From an uncultured delta proteobacterium (GTDB lineage Bacteria; Desulfobacterota; Binatia; Binatales; Binataceae): 64,000 nucleotides of DNA. The notes beneath the pieces are model-generated. The model was not told the DNA's origin. It made no database searches and worked only from the letters and a program-made list of their open reading frames with translations. The DNA is taken from NCBI GenBank assembly GCA_963711565.1, contig CAVQEQ010000004.1:1024001-1088000 (forward strand), in the 5' to 3' direction. Made by a program: the position numbers and the translations under genes. Positions within the stretch are counted from its first letter, which is position 1; the number at the start of each line of letters is the position of its first letter. Positions 1 through 11,098 of the stretch are shown piece after piece.

Positions 1-1947
1 GAAGGCGGCGAGCTTGGATATTCGCTGGTGCATGCGTTCGGCGCGGCGTTCGACAATCCCGATCTGATTGTTGCGTGCGTGATCGGCGATGGCGAGGCGG
101 AGACCGGGCCGCTCGAAGGTGGATGGAAAGGCGTAAAGTTTCTCAACCCGACGCGTGACGGCGCGGTGCTGCCGATCCTCCATCTGAACGGCTACAAAAT
201 TTCCGGTCCCACCGTATTCGGCCGCGACGAGGACGAGGAATTGCGTCTCCTGCTCAAGGGCCATGGCTACGAGGTCCACTTTGTCGAGGGCGATAACCCG
301 CCAAAGATGCATCGCGAGTTCGCGGCGACGCTCGACAAGTGCTACGCGGCGATTCGCGCGATTCAGACCGATGCGCGCGCAAACGGGCTTCGGAAGCGGC
401 CGACGTGGCCGGCGATCGTCCTGCGATCGCTTAAGGGATGGACGGGGCCGAAGGTCGTTGACGGCGTGCAGATCGAAGGAACCTTCCGCGCCCATCAGGT
501 GCCGCTTGCCGGCGTCAAGGAAAATCCCGAGCATTTGAAATTGCTCGAAAATTGGATGCGCAGTTACCGGCCCGAGGAATTGTTCGATCAACACGGACGA
601 CTGAAGCCGGAGATTAAAGCGATCGCGCCAAAAGGAAATCGCCGGATGGGCGCGAATCCGCATGCCAACGGTGGAATCCTGACCGTCGCGCTCGACATCC
701 CCTCGTTCACCAACTACGCGGTGAAGCTCGAGCAGCCCGGCAGCGTCAAGGTGGAATCGACGCGACCCTTCGGCAAGATGATGCGCGATATCTTCACGCG
801 CAATGCCAAACAGCACAACTTCCGCCTGTTCTGTCCCGACGAAACCAACTCCAATCGCCTCGGCGACGTGTTCAACGTCGAGAACCGATGCTTGGTGAGC
901 CGCGTCGAGAGCTACGACGATCACGTCTCGCACGACGGCCGCGTGATGGAAGTGCTGAGCGAGCATTGCCATCAGGGATGGCTCGAAGGCTACACGCTCA
1001 CCGGGCGTCACGGAGTCTTCGCGTCCTACGAGGCGTTCGCGATGATCGTCGATTCGATGGCGACGCAGCACGCGAAGTGGCTGCAGACTTGCCAGACCGA
1101 GTTGCCGTGGCGGCATCCGGTGCCGTCCTTGAACTACCTGCTCACTTCGACCTGCTGGCGCAACGATCACAACGGCTTCAGTCATCAGGGCCCCGGCTTC
1201 ATCGACACTCTGCTGACCAAGCGCGGCATCGTGTCGCGAATCTACCTGCCGCCCGACGCGAACTGCCTGCTGTCGGTCGCCGACCATTGTCTGCGCAGCC
1301 GCGACTACATCAACTTGATCGTGATCGACAAGCAGGAGCATCCGGTCTGGCTCGACATCGATGCTGCCCGCGAGCATTGTTCGCGCGGCGCGTCCGTATG
1401 GAAATGGGCCGGGAACGAAGGCGACAAGGATCCCGATCTCGTGCTCGCATGCGCCGGCGACGTGATGACGGAAGAGGCGATCGCGGCAGCGTGGTTGTTC
1501 CGCAAGTATCTTCCCGAGATGAAAATTCGAGTCGTGAACGTCGTCGATCTGATGACGCTGTTCCCGCCCGACCGTCATCCGCACGGCATGAGCGAGGACT
1601 ATTTTCTCGAGCTATTCACCCGCGACAAGGACGTAATCTTCGCCTTTCACGGCTACCCCGGCGAGGTTCATCAGCTCCTTCACGGTCGCCCAAATCCGGA
1701 TCGTTTTCACGTTCGCGGCTACGTCGAAGAAGGGACCACGACCACGCCGTTTGATATGTTGGTGCTGAACCAGGCGAGCCGCTATCACCTGTGCATCGAG
1801 GGTCTGCGCCGCGCGCCGCGCTACCAGGCGCGCGCGCGCGAACTGATCAAGATGACCGAGGCCGCGCTCGACGCGCATCGCAAATACATCGTCGAGCGTC
1901 TCGAAGACATGCCCGCGATTCGCAACTGGAAATGGACCCCGGATTAA
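1..1947 (+). CDS. xfp: Phosphoketolase (xylulose-5-P/fructose-6-P), 5'-truncated by window edge
   Basis: Open frame from base 1; motifs [57 protein letters not shown]. Confidence 0.96.
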   Translation, partial: EGGELGYSLVHAFGAAFDNPDLIVACVIGDGEAETGPLEGGWKGVKFLNPTRDGAVLPILHLNGYKISGPTVFGRDEDEELRLLLKGHGYEVHFVEGDNPPKMHREFAATLDKCYAAIRAIQTDARANGLRKRPTWPAIVLRSLKGWTGPKVVDGVQIEGTFRAHQVPLAGVKENPEHLKLLENWMRSYRPEELFDQHGRLKPEIKAIAPKGNRRMGANPHANGGILTVALDIPSFTNYAVKLEQPGSVKVESTRPFGKMMRDIFTRNAKQHNFRLFCPDETNSNRLGDVFNVENRCLVSRVESYDDHVSHDGRVMEVLSEHCHQGWLEGYTLTGRHGVFASYEAFAMIVDSMATQHAKWLQTCQTELPWRHPVPSLNYLLTSTCWRNDHNGFSHQGPGFIDTLLTKRGIVSRIYLPPDANCLLSVADHCLRSRDYINLIVIDKQEHPVWLDIDAAREHCSRGASVWKWAGNEGDKDPDLVLACAGDVMTEEAIAAAWLFRKYLPEMKIRVVNVVDLMTLFPPDRHPHGMSEDYFLELFTRDKDVIFAFHGYPGEVHQLLHGRPNPDRFHVRGYVEEGTTTTPFDMLVLNQASRYHLCIEGLRRAPRYQARARELIKMTEAALDAHRKYIVERLEDMPAIRNWKWTPD

Positions 1948-1951
1948 TTCG

Positions 1952-3610
1952 ATGAAAGTAAGTCCGCTCGCCGGAAAACCTGTCGAACAAGCGCAGCTCG
2001 TCAACGTCCCGCGCTTGATCACCGCCTACTATAGTCTCGTGCCCGACGTCACGATTCCCGCGCAGCGAGTCTCATTCGGCACCTCGGGACATCGCGGCTC
2101 GGCGTTCGACGCGGCGTTCAACGAAGCGCACATCCTCGCCGTCAGTCAAGCCATTTGCCTCTATCGCAAAGGTCAAAATATCAGCGGCCCGCTCTACCTC
2201 GGGATGGACACGCACGCGCTTTCGGTTCCGGCGTTCGCCAGCGCGCTCGAAGTGCTGGCCGCGAACGGCGTCGAGACGATGGTGGATAGCGGCGAGGGCT
2301 ACACGCCGACGCCGGCCATTTCGCACGCAATCCTCACCTACAATCGTGGGCGCAAGAGCGGACTGGCCGATGGAATCGTGATTACGCCGTCGCACAATCC
2401 ACCGTCCGATGGCGGCTTCAAATACAATCCAGCCAACGGCGGCCCGGCCGATACGGCGATCACCGATTGGATTCAAAACAGGGCCAACGATTTTCTCAAG
2501 AACAAGCTAGCTGGTGTGGAGCGCGTTCCTTACGAGCGCGCGCTCACAGCGCCGACGCTGCACAAGCACGATTACATCGCCACCTACGTCGGCGACCTGG
2601 GCAACGTCGTTGACATGGAGAAGATTCGCAGCGCGGGCGTGCGGATCGGAATCGATCCGCTGGGCGGCGCCGCAGTGAACTATTGGCCCGCGGTGATCGC
2701 AAAGTACGGCATCAAGGCGACGGTCGTCAGCGACATCGTCGATCCGACATTTCGATTTATGACCGCCGACTGGGACGGCAAGATCAGGATGGATTGCTCG
2801 TCGCCGTACGCGATGGTGCGCCTGCTCGCGATGCGCGATCGATTCGACGTTGCATTCGCCAACGACACCGATGCCGACCGTCACGGGATTGTCACGCGCT
2901 CGAGCGGCTTGATGAATCCGAATCACTATCTCGCCGTCGCGATCTCGTACCTTTTTCCCAATCGCACGCGATGGCGCAAGGACGCTGCCGTCGGCAAGAC
3001 CGTGGTGAGCAGCAGCATGATCGATCGCGTCGCGGCGAGCCACGAGCGCAAGCTGATCGAGACTCCGGTCGGCTTCAAGTGGTTCGTAGACGGGCTGATC
3101 GACGGTTCGGTCGGATTTTGCGGCGAAGAAAGTGCGGGCGGCTCGTTTCTGCGCACCGACGGAACCGTCTGGACGACCGACAAGGACGGACTCATCCTCG
3201 GGCTGCTGGCCGCCGAGATGACGGCGCGCGAAGGGCGCGATCCCGGCTCGATTTACAACGACCTCACGAAGAAGTTCGGTGAGCCGGCCTACGAGCGGAT
3301 CGACGCGCCCGCAACGCTCGCGCAAAAAGAAATTCTAAAGAATCTGACCCCCGAGAAACTAAATGCGCGCGAACTCGCCGGCGAGAAAATTCTTAGCACA
3401 TTGACGGTCGCTCCCGGCAATCAAGCGGCCATCGGCGGAATCAAGGTGATCGCGAAGAGCGGATGGTTCGCGGCGCGGCCGTCCGGCACCGAAGAGGTCT
3501 ACAAGATTTACGCCGAGAGCTTCAAAGGCGAGGATCATCTGCACAAGATTCAGGCTGAAGCGCAGGAACTGATCGCGCAAGTCTTCAAGCGCGCCGAATC
3601 TGGCCACTAG
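1952..3610 (+). CDS. pgm: Phosphoglucomutase (alpha-D-glucose-1,6-bisphosphate dependent)
   Basis: [17 protein letters not shown] catalytic Ser, NDTDADR metal loop, GEESAG, RPSGTE. Confidence 0.96.
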   Translation: MKVSPLAGKPVEQAQLVNVPRLITAYYSLVPDVTIPAQRVSFGTSGHRGSAFDAAFNEAHILAVSQAICLYRKGQNISGPLYLGMDTHALSVPAFASALEVLAANGVETMVDSGEGYTPTPAISHAILTYNRGRKSGLADGIVITPSHNPPSDGGFKYNPANGGPADTAITDWIQNRANDFLKNKLAGVERVPYERALTAPTLHKHDYIATYVGDLGNVVDMEKIRSAGVRIGIDPLGGAAVNYWPAVIAKYGIKATVVSDIVDPTFRFMTADWDGKIRMDCSSPYAMVRLLAMRDRFDVAFANDTDADRHGIVTRSSGLMNPNHYLAVAISYLFPNRTRWRKDAAVGKTVVSSSMIDRVAASHERKLIETPVGFKWFVDGLIDGSVGFCGEESAGGSFLRTDGTVWTTDKDGLILGLLAAEMTAREGRDPGSIYNDLTKKFGEPAYERIDAPATLAQKEILKNLTPEKLNARELAGEKILSTLTVAPGNQAAIGGIKVIAKSGWFAARPSGTEEVYKIYAESFKGEDHLHKIQAEAQELIAQVFKRAESGH

Positions 3611-3620
3611 GGAATCAGGC

Positions 3621-4799
3621 TTGCCGACTCCTCACACCGTCCTCTGCATCAACGTCGGTTCGTCGTCGTGCAAGTTCACCCTGTACTCGGTTTCCGGCGG
3701 CGCCGAATCCGTCGTGGCCGAAGGCGCGCTGGATCGAATCGGCGCGAGCGGCGGTAACCTTAAAATTCGCGACGCCAGCGGCCGCGCGCTCGCCGAATGG
3801 GATCGCGAATTCGCACGCCCGCAAGTTGCCGTCGATGCGATGTTCGAGGAGTTCGAGCGCTTGAAGTTGCCGCGTCTCGACGCCGTCGGTCATCGAATCG
3901 TTCACGGCGGCGCTGATCATGTCGCGCCCGAGCTCGTCACTCCCGCCTTGATCGCCGATCTGAAAAAGCTGATTCCGTTCGCACCGCTGCACATGCCGGG
4001 CGGTCTCGAGGGCATCGAGGCGGTCGCCGCACGTCATCCGAAACTTCCGCAGGTCGCATGCTTCGACACCGCGTTTCATCGCGGAATGCCCGAACGAGCC
4101 GAGCGTTTTCCCTTGCCGCGCAATCTGTTTGACGCCGGAGTACGCCGCTACGGCTTCCACGGAATCTCTTACGAGTACATCATGCACGCTCTGGGAGCCG
4201 GCGTGCCGCCGCGCCTGATAATCGCGCACCTAGGCAACGGCGCGAGCATGGCGGCGGTGGCAAACGGCCATCCTTGCGACACCACGATGGGCTTCACGCC
4301 GGCCGGTGGCTTCATGATGGGCACGCGGCCGGGTGATCTCGACCCCGGCGTGATTCTGTACCTGCTCAACCAGAAGGGCTACGACGCCGCGCAGCTCGAT
4401 CGACTCGTGAATCAGAAGTCCGGCTTGCTTGGAGTCTCGGGACTCAGTTCCAACGTCAAGACGTTGCTCGACGCGCGGCCCGCGAACGCGCATGCGGCAA
4501 TGGCGATTGAAATGTTCTGCTATCAGATCAGAAAATCAATTGGCGCATTGGCAGCCGCGCTCGGCGGAGTCGATCTGCTTGTCTTCACCGGCGGGATTGG
4601 CGAGCATGCCGCCGCGATCCGCGCGCAAGTCTGCGACGGGCTGGAGCATCTCGGGCTCGCGCTCGATCCGCGGCGGAACGACTCGAACGAAGACACTATC
4701 AGCATCGCCGACAGCCGATCCCGCGTGCGGGTCATCCCGACCAATGAAAACCTGATGGTCGCGCGGCACACGGTCCGGCTGGTATTTCCCGCCGCCTGA
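3621..4799 (+). CDS. ackA: Acetate/propionate kinase
   Basis: INVGSSSCK, GHRIVHGG, APLH, FDTAFH, RRYGFHG, HLGNGAS, FTGGIGE, PTNE; operon with xfp. Confidence 0.93.
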   Translation: MPTPHTVLCINVGSSSCKFTLYSVSGGAESVVAEGALDRIGASGGNLKIRDASGRALAEWDREFARPQVAVDAMFEEFERLKLPRLDAVGHRIVHGGADHVAPELVTPALIADLKKLIPFAPLHMPGGLEGIEAVAARHPKLPQVACFDTAFHRGMPERAERFPLPRNLFDAGVRRYGFHGISYEYIMHALGAGVPPRLIIAHLGNGASMAAVANGHPCDTTMGFTPAGGFMMGTRPGDLDPGVILYLLNQKGYDAAQLDRLVNQKSGLLGVSGLSSNVKTLLDARPANAHAAMAIEMFCYQIRKSIGALAAALGGVDLLVFTGGIGEHAAAIRAQVCDGLEHLGLALDPRRNDSNEDTISIADSRSRVRVIPTNENLMVARHTVRLVFPAA

Positions 4800-4902
4800 A
4801 ATAATTGCTGGCCGCAAGGTCGCGCGCGGCGCTAGAATCAGGGGCGCAAATTTTTCAGCCGCGCAACCGTCGGTAGCAATATCCTGAAGAGGCAAACCTG
4901 CG

Positions 4903-5469
4903 ATGAAGCTTTATTTCGCACCGCAGACCAGAGCGATACGGCCGCTGATCATGCTCGAGGAACTCGAAGTGCCCTACGAAATTGTGCTGATTGATTTCAA
5001 AGGCGGCGAGCACAAGGGCGTCGAGTATCTGAAAATTCATCCGCACGGCCAACTGCCCGCGCTGCAGGACGGCACGCTCACGATGTTCGAGTCGGCTGCC
5101 ATCTGCGGGTACCTCGCCGACAAGTTCCCGGACAAGCGGATGGCGCCGGCACTCGGCACCGTCGAGCGCGGAATGTACTACCAGTGGATGTTCTATTCGA
5201 TGGCGGCGCTCGAAGCATACGCGCTCGATCGTGAACGGATGAAGCAGTGTTTCCTCGTCCTCGGTCGCGCGCTCAGCGGTCAAGAATTCATCGTGGGCGA
5301 CAAGATCACTGCGGCGGACGTGATGATCGGCTCGGGAGTTATATGGCTCGACGCGCGGCACCATCTGCTGAACGATTTCCCATCGCTCGAGGCCTACGCA
5401 CAGCGCTTGCTCGCAAGGCCCTCATTTCAGTGCGCATTCGCGGCGCCCGGAGAAAACGCGCGAAAGTGA
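4903..5469 (+). CDS. Glutathione S-transferase family protein
   Basis: LEELEVPYE, HPHGQLPAL, FESAAICGYL, GDKITAADV motifs. Confidence 0.9.
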   Translation: MKLYFAPQTRAIRPLIMLEELEVPYEIVLIDFKGGEHKGVEYLKIHPHGQLPALQDGTLTMFESAAICGYLADKFPDKRMAPALGTVERGMYYQWMFYSMAALEAYALDRERMKQCFLVLGRALSGQEFIVGDKITAADVMIGSGVIWLDARHHLLNDFPSLEAYAQRLLARPSFQCAFAAPGENARK

Positions 5470-5588
5470 AATTCCGGGGACGTCAGATGAACCTATCGCT
5501 AAGAAGCGTCCAGGCAGACGTTTCAATTGATGCACTTTACCGCGCGTGATAATTGATTGGGTCCGGTCGCGACTGCGACTCGGCACGG

Positions 5589-5664
5589 GGCGGCGTACCC
5601 AAGTGGTTAAGGGAGAGGTCTGCAAAACCTCCATGCATCGGTTCGAATCCGATCGCCGCCTCCA
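5589..5664 (+). tRNA. tRNA-Cys (GCA)
   Basis: Acceptor stem GGCGGCG/CGCCGCC, D-loop AAGTGGTTAA, anticodon arm GAGGT-CTGCAAA-ACCTC, T-loop GTTCGAATC, discriminator U, encoded CCA. Confidence 0.97.
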
Positions 5665-5688
5665 TCAATCCCAACAAATCGCGCGCGC

Positions 5689-6588
5689 TCAGGCCCTCGG
5701 ATTGTTGCGCGAGAATTGCCGGAACTTCGCAACCAGCGGAAATCCCATCGGCGTATCGATCACTTGATCGAGCTCAAAATCGATCACTCGTTCCGCTCCA
5801 GGGAACTTGCGTATGCGGTCGAGACTCCAGTCGATCGATGCTCGACCAGTCAGCTGCAGCGTGCGGCCGCTATCGAAGTCGATGAACAGCAGTCCCGCGT
5901 GCGGATTGACCGTCAGGTTGCCGAGCGTATTGAACATGCTGTTGCCGTTGTAATCGGGGTAAGCGATGTGCCGTTCGTCGAGTATCCGCACGAAGCCGGG
6001 ATTGCCGCCCTTGTGCGACACGTCCGCGCCGCGCTCGGGATTGTCGGTCGCGATGAAGAACGTGTCGGCGCGAGAAATCCGCTCTTGTGCCGATGCTGAT
6101 AGCGTGGTGGCTACCCTGGCTTTCTGATTGGCCGAATGAATTTCCCGTTTGCCTGTGAATATTCGTTCCTGCAAGTAGCGGCGACAGTTGCCGTAAACCT
6201 CGTCGGTCGCGATGTAGATTGCGCCATCCTTGATCACGCCCCGGCCGTTGACCCGCACGCGCCGCGAAGAGACGAAATCCGGCGCGAACAGGGCTGCGTG
6301 ACCCTCGGTCGCGAGATTGCGGACGATCGGATCGCCGGACGATATAGGCGCCGCGATTTTGAGCGTGCGCTCGTCAACCGTCTCGATGAACCCAGGGTCG
6401 CCGATGACCACCGACGCCCAAACGTTCCCGCGACTATCGCCGGTGCCAAGTACCGCCATTTGCCGGCGTTCGAGAAACTCACTCGCACCTGCGGGAAGAT
6501 GATCGACGATGCCTTCGCCGACGTCCTCGGCGATGTCGCGGACTCCGGCCCGTTCCTGGACCGCGATTTCTCCGCTGTGAAATCTCAT
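5689..6588 (-). CDS. Pyridoxamine 5'-phosphate oxidase family protein (double FMN-binding split barrel)
   Basis: FHSGEIAVQERAG start, GDPGF, ADVSHKGGNPGF, PDYNGNSMFNTLGN. Confidence 0.88.
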   Translation of the reverse strand: MRFHSGEIAVQERAGVRDIAEDVGEGIVDHLPAGASEFLERRQMAVLGTGDSRGNVWASVVIGDPGFIETVDERTLKIAAPISSGDPIVRNLATEGHAALFAPDFVSSRRVRVNGRGVIKDGAIYIATDEVYGNCRRYLQERIFTGKREIHSANQKARVATTLSASAQERISRADTFFIATDNPERGADVSHKGGNPGFVRILDERHIAYPDYNGNSMFNTLGNLTVNPHAGLLFIDFDSGRTLQLTGRASIDWSLDRIRKFPGAERVIDFELDQVIDTPMGFPLVAKFRQFSRNNPRA

Positions 6589-6594
6589 CGACTT

Positions 6595-7074
6595 CTATTG
6601 CGCCGGTGCGCCGGGCGGCGCGGCATGTTGTACCGGCATTACTCGCAATTTCACGAGGCAGGGCGGACCGTCGTCGCCGTAGCATAGGTTGCTGACTTCG
6701 CCGAGTCGGGAATTGCGATCGTCGTGCGTGTAATCGGGACAGATCCAATGGCCGCCTTCGCGGTAAAGCGCGACCGCGAAATATTGGCCAGTCGCGAGAT
6801 TCCCGGACACCGGCGCGCCACCGGACGAGACCGGCCGCGTGTCAACAATGTCGAAACCGTCGTGCGCGGCATCGGGCGAATACTGCATGAAGAACATTCG
6901 CCATTGCCGTCCCGGAAGCGCGGTCACCTGGTATTCCATCGCGTGATTGTACGAGAAGACCGGCTTGTCGCGGCATAGCCACGGCCGCGCCTCTTGCGCC
7001 GACGCCGATGCTGCGGTCAGCGCCGCTATCGCCGCCGCGATCGAAAAGCATGTTGCAGCTTTTAGAATTTTCAT
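6595..7074 (-). CDS. Hypothetical secreted protein
   Basis: Signal peptide ending ASASA; 4 Cys in mature part; start overlaps mutase stop. Confidence 0.7.
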   Translation of the reverse strand: MKILKAATCFSIAAAIAALTAASASAQEARPWLCRDKPVFSYNHAMEYQVTALPGRQWRMFFMQYSPDAAHDGFDIVDTRPVSSGGAPVSGNLATGQYFAVALYREGGHWICPDYTHDDRNSRLGEVSNLCYGDDGPPCLVKLRVMPVQHAAPPGAPAQ

Positions 7075-9011
7075 GACTGTTCCCGATCCGCGATCGCGAT
7101 GATGCGACCGATGATCTCGCCGAGGTTGGAGTCCTTGGGGGTGAAGACCGCTTTGACGCCGAGCGCGAGCAGGGCGGTGCGGTCGGCTTCGGGGATAATC
7201 CCGCCCATCACGAGCGCGACGTCGGCGGCGCCGCGACTCTTTAGCAAGTCGATCGTATCGCGCGCGATTGACATGTGTGCGCCGGCGAGACTCGAGATTG
7301 CGAGCACGTCAACGTCTTCCTCGAGCGCCGTCGCGACCATCTGCTCCGGCGTTTGCTTGAAGCCCGCGAGGACTACCTCCATCCCGGCTTGCATGCATGC
7401 GTGCGCGAGCAGCTTGATAGCGTTGATATGGCCGTCGAGGCCGGCCTTGCCGAGCGCGATGCGAATCTTCCGCTTCGCGACGGGCACTTTCAGCGCGCCG
7501 ACGCTCACGCTGGTTTCGAGAATCGGCGGCGTGTAGCGGCCGCGGCCGACGCGCACTAGTGAGTCGGTCCATTCGCCGACGGTGCCACCGGCGCGCGCGA
7601 GATCGATCGTCGCCTCGATCAGTCCGCTGCCGCCGTTATCCGCGCCTGCGCGTTCGAGCGCCTCGCGCGCTTTCGCAACGGCGGCCCGGTTGCGCGTCGC
7701 GCGCCATTTCTTGATCGATTCGATGCGTTCCTTTTCCTTCGACGCATCCGCGCCGTGGTCCGCATTCTGTTTCGGCGGCGGCGTGAGTCCGACTTCGCCG
7801 GTGAAGGCATTGACGCCGATCTGCACGATCTCGCCCGACTCGACTTTGCGATGACGCTCGGCCAGCTGGCGCGTCAGCTCGCCGCTGACGATTGAAATTG
7901 CGCGCGAGTAGCCCGCCTCGCGCGTGCGGATCGCGATTTCGCGCGCGCGCGTCGCGGTCTCGTCGGTGAGCTTCTCGATAACCTTGCTGCCCTCGAAAAT
8001 ATCGCCGTAGCCCGCCAGCCCGGTCTCATACATGAGAACCTGCTGCGTGCGGAGGCTGAGCGTCTGCTCGGACTGGTCGGGCAGACTGAGTGCCTCGCGA
8101 AAGCCTGGCAACTGCAGCGCGTTAACGCGCGCGTCGGCCGACAGCACGACCGGCAGCGCCTCATATGCGATGCGAATAATGTTCACCTCAGGCTGCGGCT
8201 CGGTGAGCGTGAGCGATCGCACCTGGCATCCGGCGCGGAAAGCGACGTCATTGACGCCGTACTCGCTGGCGCATAGCTCACGCCAGAGTTTGAAGTACGC
8301 GCGAATCTTGCAAATCTCGGGGACCAGCTCGATGCCGCTGTTGATAAAAAATGAAATGCGGCGGACGGTTTGCTCGAAAGCGGCCGCGTCGAGCTTGGGA
8401 CGGATCGCGTCGAGAATCAGCAGCGCGTTGCCGAAGGCGTAGCCGATTTCCTCGGCGGGACCGGCGCCGCTCTCCATGTAGTGGTAGCCGCAACAGTTGA
8501 TCGGATTCCAGTTGGGCACGCGCTCCACGGCGAAACGAATCAGCTCGGTCGAGAGGCGAAACGACAGCTCGGGATGAAAAATCGAAGTGCCGCGCGCGAC
8601 GAATTCCTTCAGCAGATCGTTCTGCGTCGTGCCGCGCAGCTCGGACCACGGCACGCCATGCTTTTCCGCGACGACCAGGTACAGCGCGAGGACGAACGGC
8701 GCCGTCGCGTTAATCGTCATCGAGGTGTTGATCGACTGAAGCGGGATGCCCTCGAAGAGTCGCTCCATGTCATCCCAGTGGCAGATCGAAACTCCCGCTT
8801 CGCCGACCTCGCCGCGCGCGACCGGAGCGTCGGGGTCGTAGCCGTTTTGGGTGGGTAGGTCGAACGCGATCGAAAGGCCGCGCTGGCCCTGCTTCAAGTT
8901 CGCGAGGAATCGCTCGTTGGCCTGGCGCGCATCGCCGAAGCCGGCGTAAGTGCGGATGATCCACGGCTCGCGAGGCACGCGGGATTTTTTCTCAGCTTCC
9001 GGCATCGACAC
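7071..9011 (-). CDS. B12-dependent acyl-CoA mutase, ethylmalonyl-CoA mutase (Ecm/MeaA)-like
   Basis: PWIIRTYAG, GLSIAFDLPTQ, NTSMTINA, GTTQNDLLKE, C-terminal GLDGH B12-binding domain, SSLAGAH. Confidence 0.88.
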   Translation of the reverse strand: MSMPEAEKKSRVPREPWIIRTYAGFGDARQANERFLANLKQGQRGLSIAFDLPTQNGYDPDAPVARGEVGEAGVSICHWDDMERLFEGIPLQSINTSMTINATAPFVLALYLVVAEKHGVPWSELRGTTQNDLLKEFVARGTSIFHPELSFRLSTELIRFAVERVPNWNPINCCGYHYMESGAGPAEEIGYAFGNALLILDAIRPKLDAAAFEQTVRRISFFINSGIELVPEICKIRAYFKLWRELCASEYGVNDVAFRAGCQVRSLTLTEPQPEVNIIRIAYEALPVVLSADARVNALQLPGFREALSLPDQSEQTLSLRTQQVLMYETGLAGYGDIFEGSKVIEKLTDETATRAREIAIRTREAGYSRAISIVSGELTRQLAERHRKVESGEIVQIGVNAFTGEVGLTPPPKQNADHGADASKEKERIESIKKWRATRNRAAVAKAREALERAGADNGGSGLIEATIDLARAGGTVGEWTDSLVRVGRGRYTPPILETSVSVGALKVPVAKRKIRIALGKAGLDGHINAIKLLAHACMQAGMEVVLAGFKQTPEQMVATALEEDVDVLAISSLAGAHMSIARDTIDLLKSRGAADVALVMGGIIPEADRTALLALGVKAVFTPKDSNLGEIIGRIIAIADREQS

Positions 9012-9045
9012 AAGGTTAGTTATCGAAGCCTCGGGATTCCAGCTA

Positions 9046-9062
9046 GCGGGAAGGGGGACCGG
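9046..9062 (-). repeat. Degenerate partial copy of repeat family B
   Basis: Reverse complement CCGGTCCCCCTTCCCGC equals 49656-49672. Confidence 0.55.
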
Positions 9063-9065
9063 TCG

Positions 9066-10025
9066 TCAGCGCCGATGCGCCGCGCGGGCTGGGAGTTCCT
9101 GGTCGCGATGGCGGGCGAGGTCGGAGGCGAGGGTATCGATCAATTCGATTCCCGAGAGGCCGCTATGCTCGGCGATTTCGACGACGGGGCGGCCGGTCTC
9201 CGTGCGGATTTTTGCGATTGCTTTGCGCGCTTCCGCTGCGCGATTCAGTTCCGATTTTGCCAGCTCGGCCAGGTGCTCGAGGTCCTTCTTGCGGAGATGA
9301 GGGCCGCGCCGAGTTGTCAGCGCCGATATGTCGGCGGCATCGAATTCTGACGGCGGCATCCGATTGAAAAGTACGGCGGCCGGCGTCAGATGGATTTCAG
9401 TCAGCTGAGCATGCATCTCTATCGTTTCGGAAATCGAAAGAGAGTCGGCGGTGGTGACCTGGATGATTGCGCAATTGCGCCGATCGCGCAGCATCTGCGA
9501 GATGTTGCGCGCTTCCTTGCCGACGACGCTGTCGCCGAAGGTCGAGCGCGCCGCGGTCGGCATCTTGAGCAGGCTCATCGCCTGCCCGCTCGCGGGCGCG
9601 TCAACGATTATCACGTTGCTGGCGGGCGCCTTCGGATCGTTTCGCCCGGCGTCATAGAAGACTTTCCCGAGCATCATCAGTTCGCGCAGGCCCGGCGCGG
9701 CTTGTACGAAAAATTGATAGAGGCGGCTGGCGAAGACCGCCTTCAACAGCATCCGGCCCGGTACGACCAGGTGCAGATATTCTTCGAGTGCGGCGCGGCC
9801 GTCGAGCGTCATAAGCGCGAGATCGTGCGCGACAATCGTCGGCACGAATGACGGCTTGACGCCGAAGGTCGCCGCCAGCGGCGCGCGCGCGTCGCATTCC
9901 ATTATCAGCGCGCGCGAGCCTGACAGTGTCGCTAGCCTGGCGAGCGCGGCGCTGAGAGTAGATTTGCCGACGCCGCCCTTGCCGAGCACGATCAGCACGC
10001 GGCGGCCGAGGATTTCGTTTAGCAT
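9066..10025 (-). CDS. ArsA/Get3-related P-loop ATPase
   Basis: Deviant Walker A GKGGVGKS, APGLREL, IIVDAPASG. Confidence 0.85.
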   Translation of the reverse strand: MLNEILGRRVLIVLGKGGVGKSTLSAALARLATLSGSRALIMECDARAPLAATFGVKPSFVPTIVAHDLALMTLDGRAALEEYLHLVVPGRMLLKAVFASRLYQFFVQAAPGLRELMMLGKVFYDAGRNDPKAPASNVIIVDAPASGQAMSLLKMPTAARSTFGDSVVGKEARNISQMLRDRRNCAIIQVTTADSLSISETIEMHAQLTEIHLTPAAVLFNRMPPSEFDAADISALTTRRGPHLRKKDLEHLAELAKSELNRAAEARKAIAKIRTETGRPVVEIAEHSGLSGIELIDTLASDLARHRDQELPARAAHRR

Positions 10026-10036
10026 TTGCGGGGAGG

Positions 10037-10076
10037 AACCTAACCTCTAACCCCTTCCCATAGTCGGAAGGGGAAC
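10037..10076 (-). repeat. Repeat family B (hairpin plus GGGGTTAGGGGTTAGG tail), reverse orientation
   Basis: Reverse complement GTTCCCCTTCCGACTATGGGAAGGGGTTAGAGGTTAGGTT matches 34712-34750. Confidence 0.85.
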
Positions 10077-10091
10077 CTGTCAGTAAGAAAA

Positions 10092-11069
10092 TTACCAGCG
10101 GACCAGGTTTGCTCCCCAGGTGAGGCCGCCGCCGCATGCGTTCAGCATCACGATGCTGCCGTCGTGGATACGGCCTTGCTCGAGTGCTTCGTCGAGCGCG
10201 ATTGGCACGGACGCGGCCGAAGTGTTGCCGTAGCGATCAATATTCGTGAAGACTTTTTCCGGCGGCATCCCGAGCCGCTCCGCGACCGCCGAAATAATTC
10301 GCATGTTAGCCTGATGCGGCACGAACAGGTCGATGTCCTCGAGCTTGACGCCCGCGCGCTCGGCAACGAGGCGGCTGACATCCTCCATGCTCTTGACAGC
10401 GATCTTGAAAAGCTCGGGACCCTTCATCTGAATCGCGTCATCGGGGGAGCGCCGCACTTCCGAATCGATCGTGCTGCGGGTTCCGGTCGAGCGGACGGAG
10501 AGCAGCGTCCAATGCTCGCCCGATGAGCGCAGCAGGCTCGACAGCACCCCGCGATTTCCCGGCTCGGTGACCATCACGCATGCGCCCGCGCCGTCGCCAA
10601 ACAGTACTGCCGTGCGGCGATCGTTCCAATCGACCATCGTCGAGAGCGCGTCCGCGCCGACTACGAGTACACGCTTGAAATCGCCGGCGCGCATCTGGGC
10701 GTCGGCGACTTGAACCGCGTACACAAAGCCGGAGCATGCGGCGGCAACGTCGAAGGCGGGTATCGTCGAGATGCCGAGGCCGTACTGAACCTGGCAGGCG
10801 AAGGAGGGGAAGCCGTACTCGGAGGAAACGGTGCCGACGATGATCGCGTCGAGGTCGGACGGCTTGACGCCGGCGCGATCCAGGGCGATACGGCTGGCGT
10901 CGGTCGCGATCAGCGCGAGCGATTCGCCCTGGCGCATCAGGTAGCGCTGGCCGATGCCGGTGCGCGAGCGGATCCATTGATCGGACGTGTCCATGTACCG
11001 CTCGAGATCGTTGTTGGTCAGCGCGGTGCGCGGTACGGCCCGTCCGGTAGCGACAATTCTTGAGCCCAT
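10092..11069 (-). CDS. fabH: 3-oxoacyl-ACP synthase III
   Basis: DTSDQWIRSRTGI, AACSGF, LFGDGAGA, PHQAN, GNTSAAS. Confidence 0.95.
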   Translation of the reverse strand: MGSRIVATGRAVPRTALTNNDLERYMDTSDQWIRSRTGIGQRYLMRQGESLALIATDASRIALDRAGVKPSDLDAIIVGTVSSEYGFPSFACQVQYGLGISTIPAFDVAAACSGFVYAVQVADAQMRAGDFKRVLVVGADALSTMVDWNDRRTAVLFGDGAGACVMVTEPGNRGVLSSLLRSSGEHWTLLSVRSTGTRSTIDSEVRRSPDDAIQMKGPELFKIAVKSMEDVSRLVAERAGVKLEDIDLFVPHQANMRIISAVAERLGMPPEKVFTNIDRYGNTSAASVPIALDEALEQGRIHDGSIVMLNACGGGLTWGANLVRW

Positions 11070-11098
11070 GTTGAAACCAGTGAAAGAGTTAGCTCTGG

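Noticed and set aside
5589-5664. tRNA-Cys as an integration site
   Set aside because: No integrase nearby, and I saw no duplicated tRNA 3' end in the window
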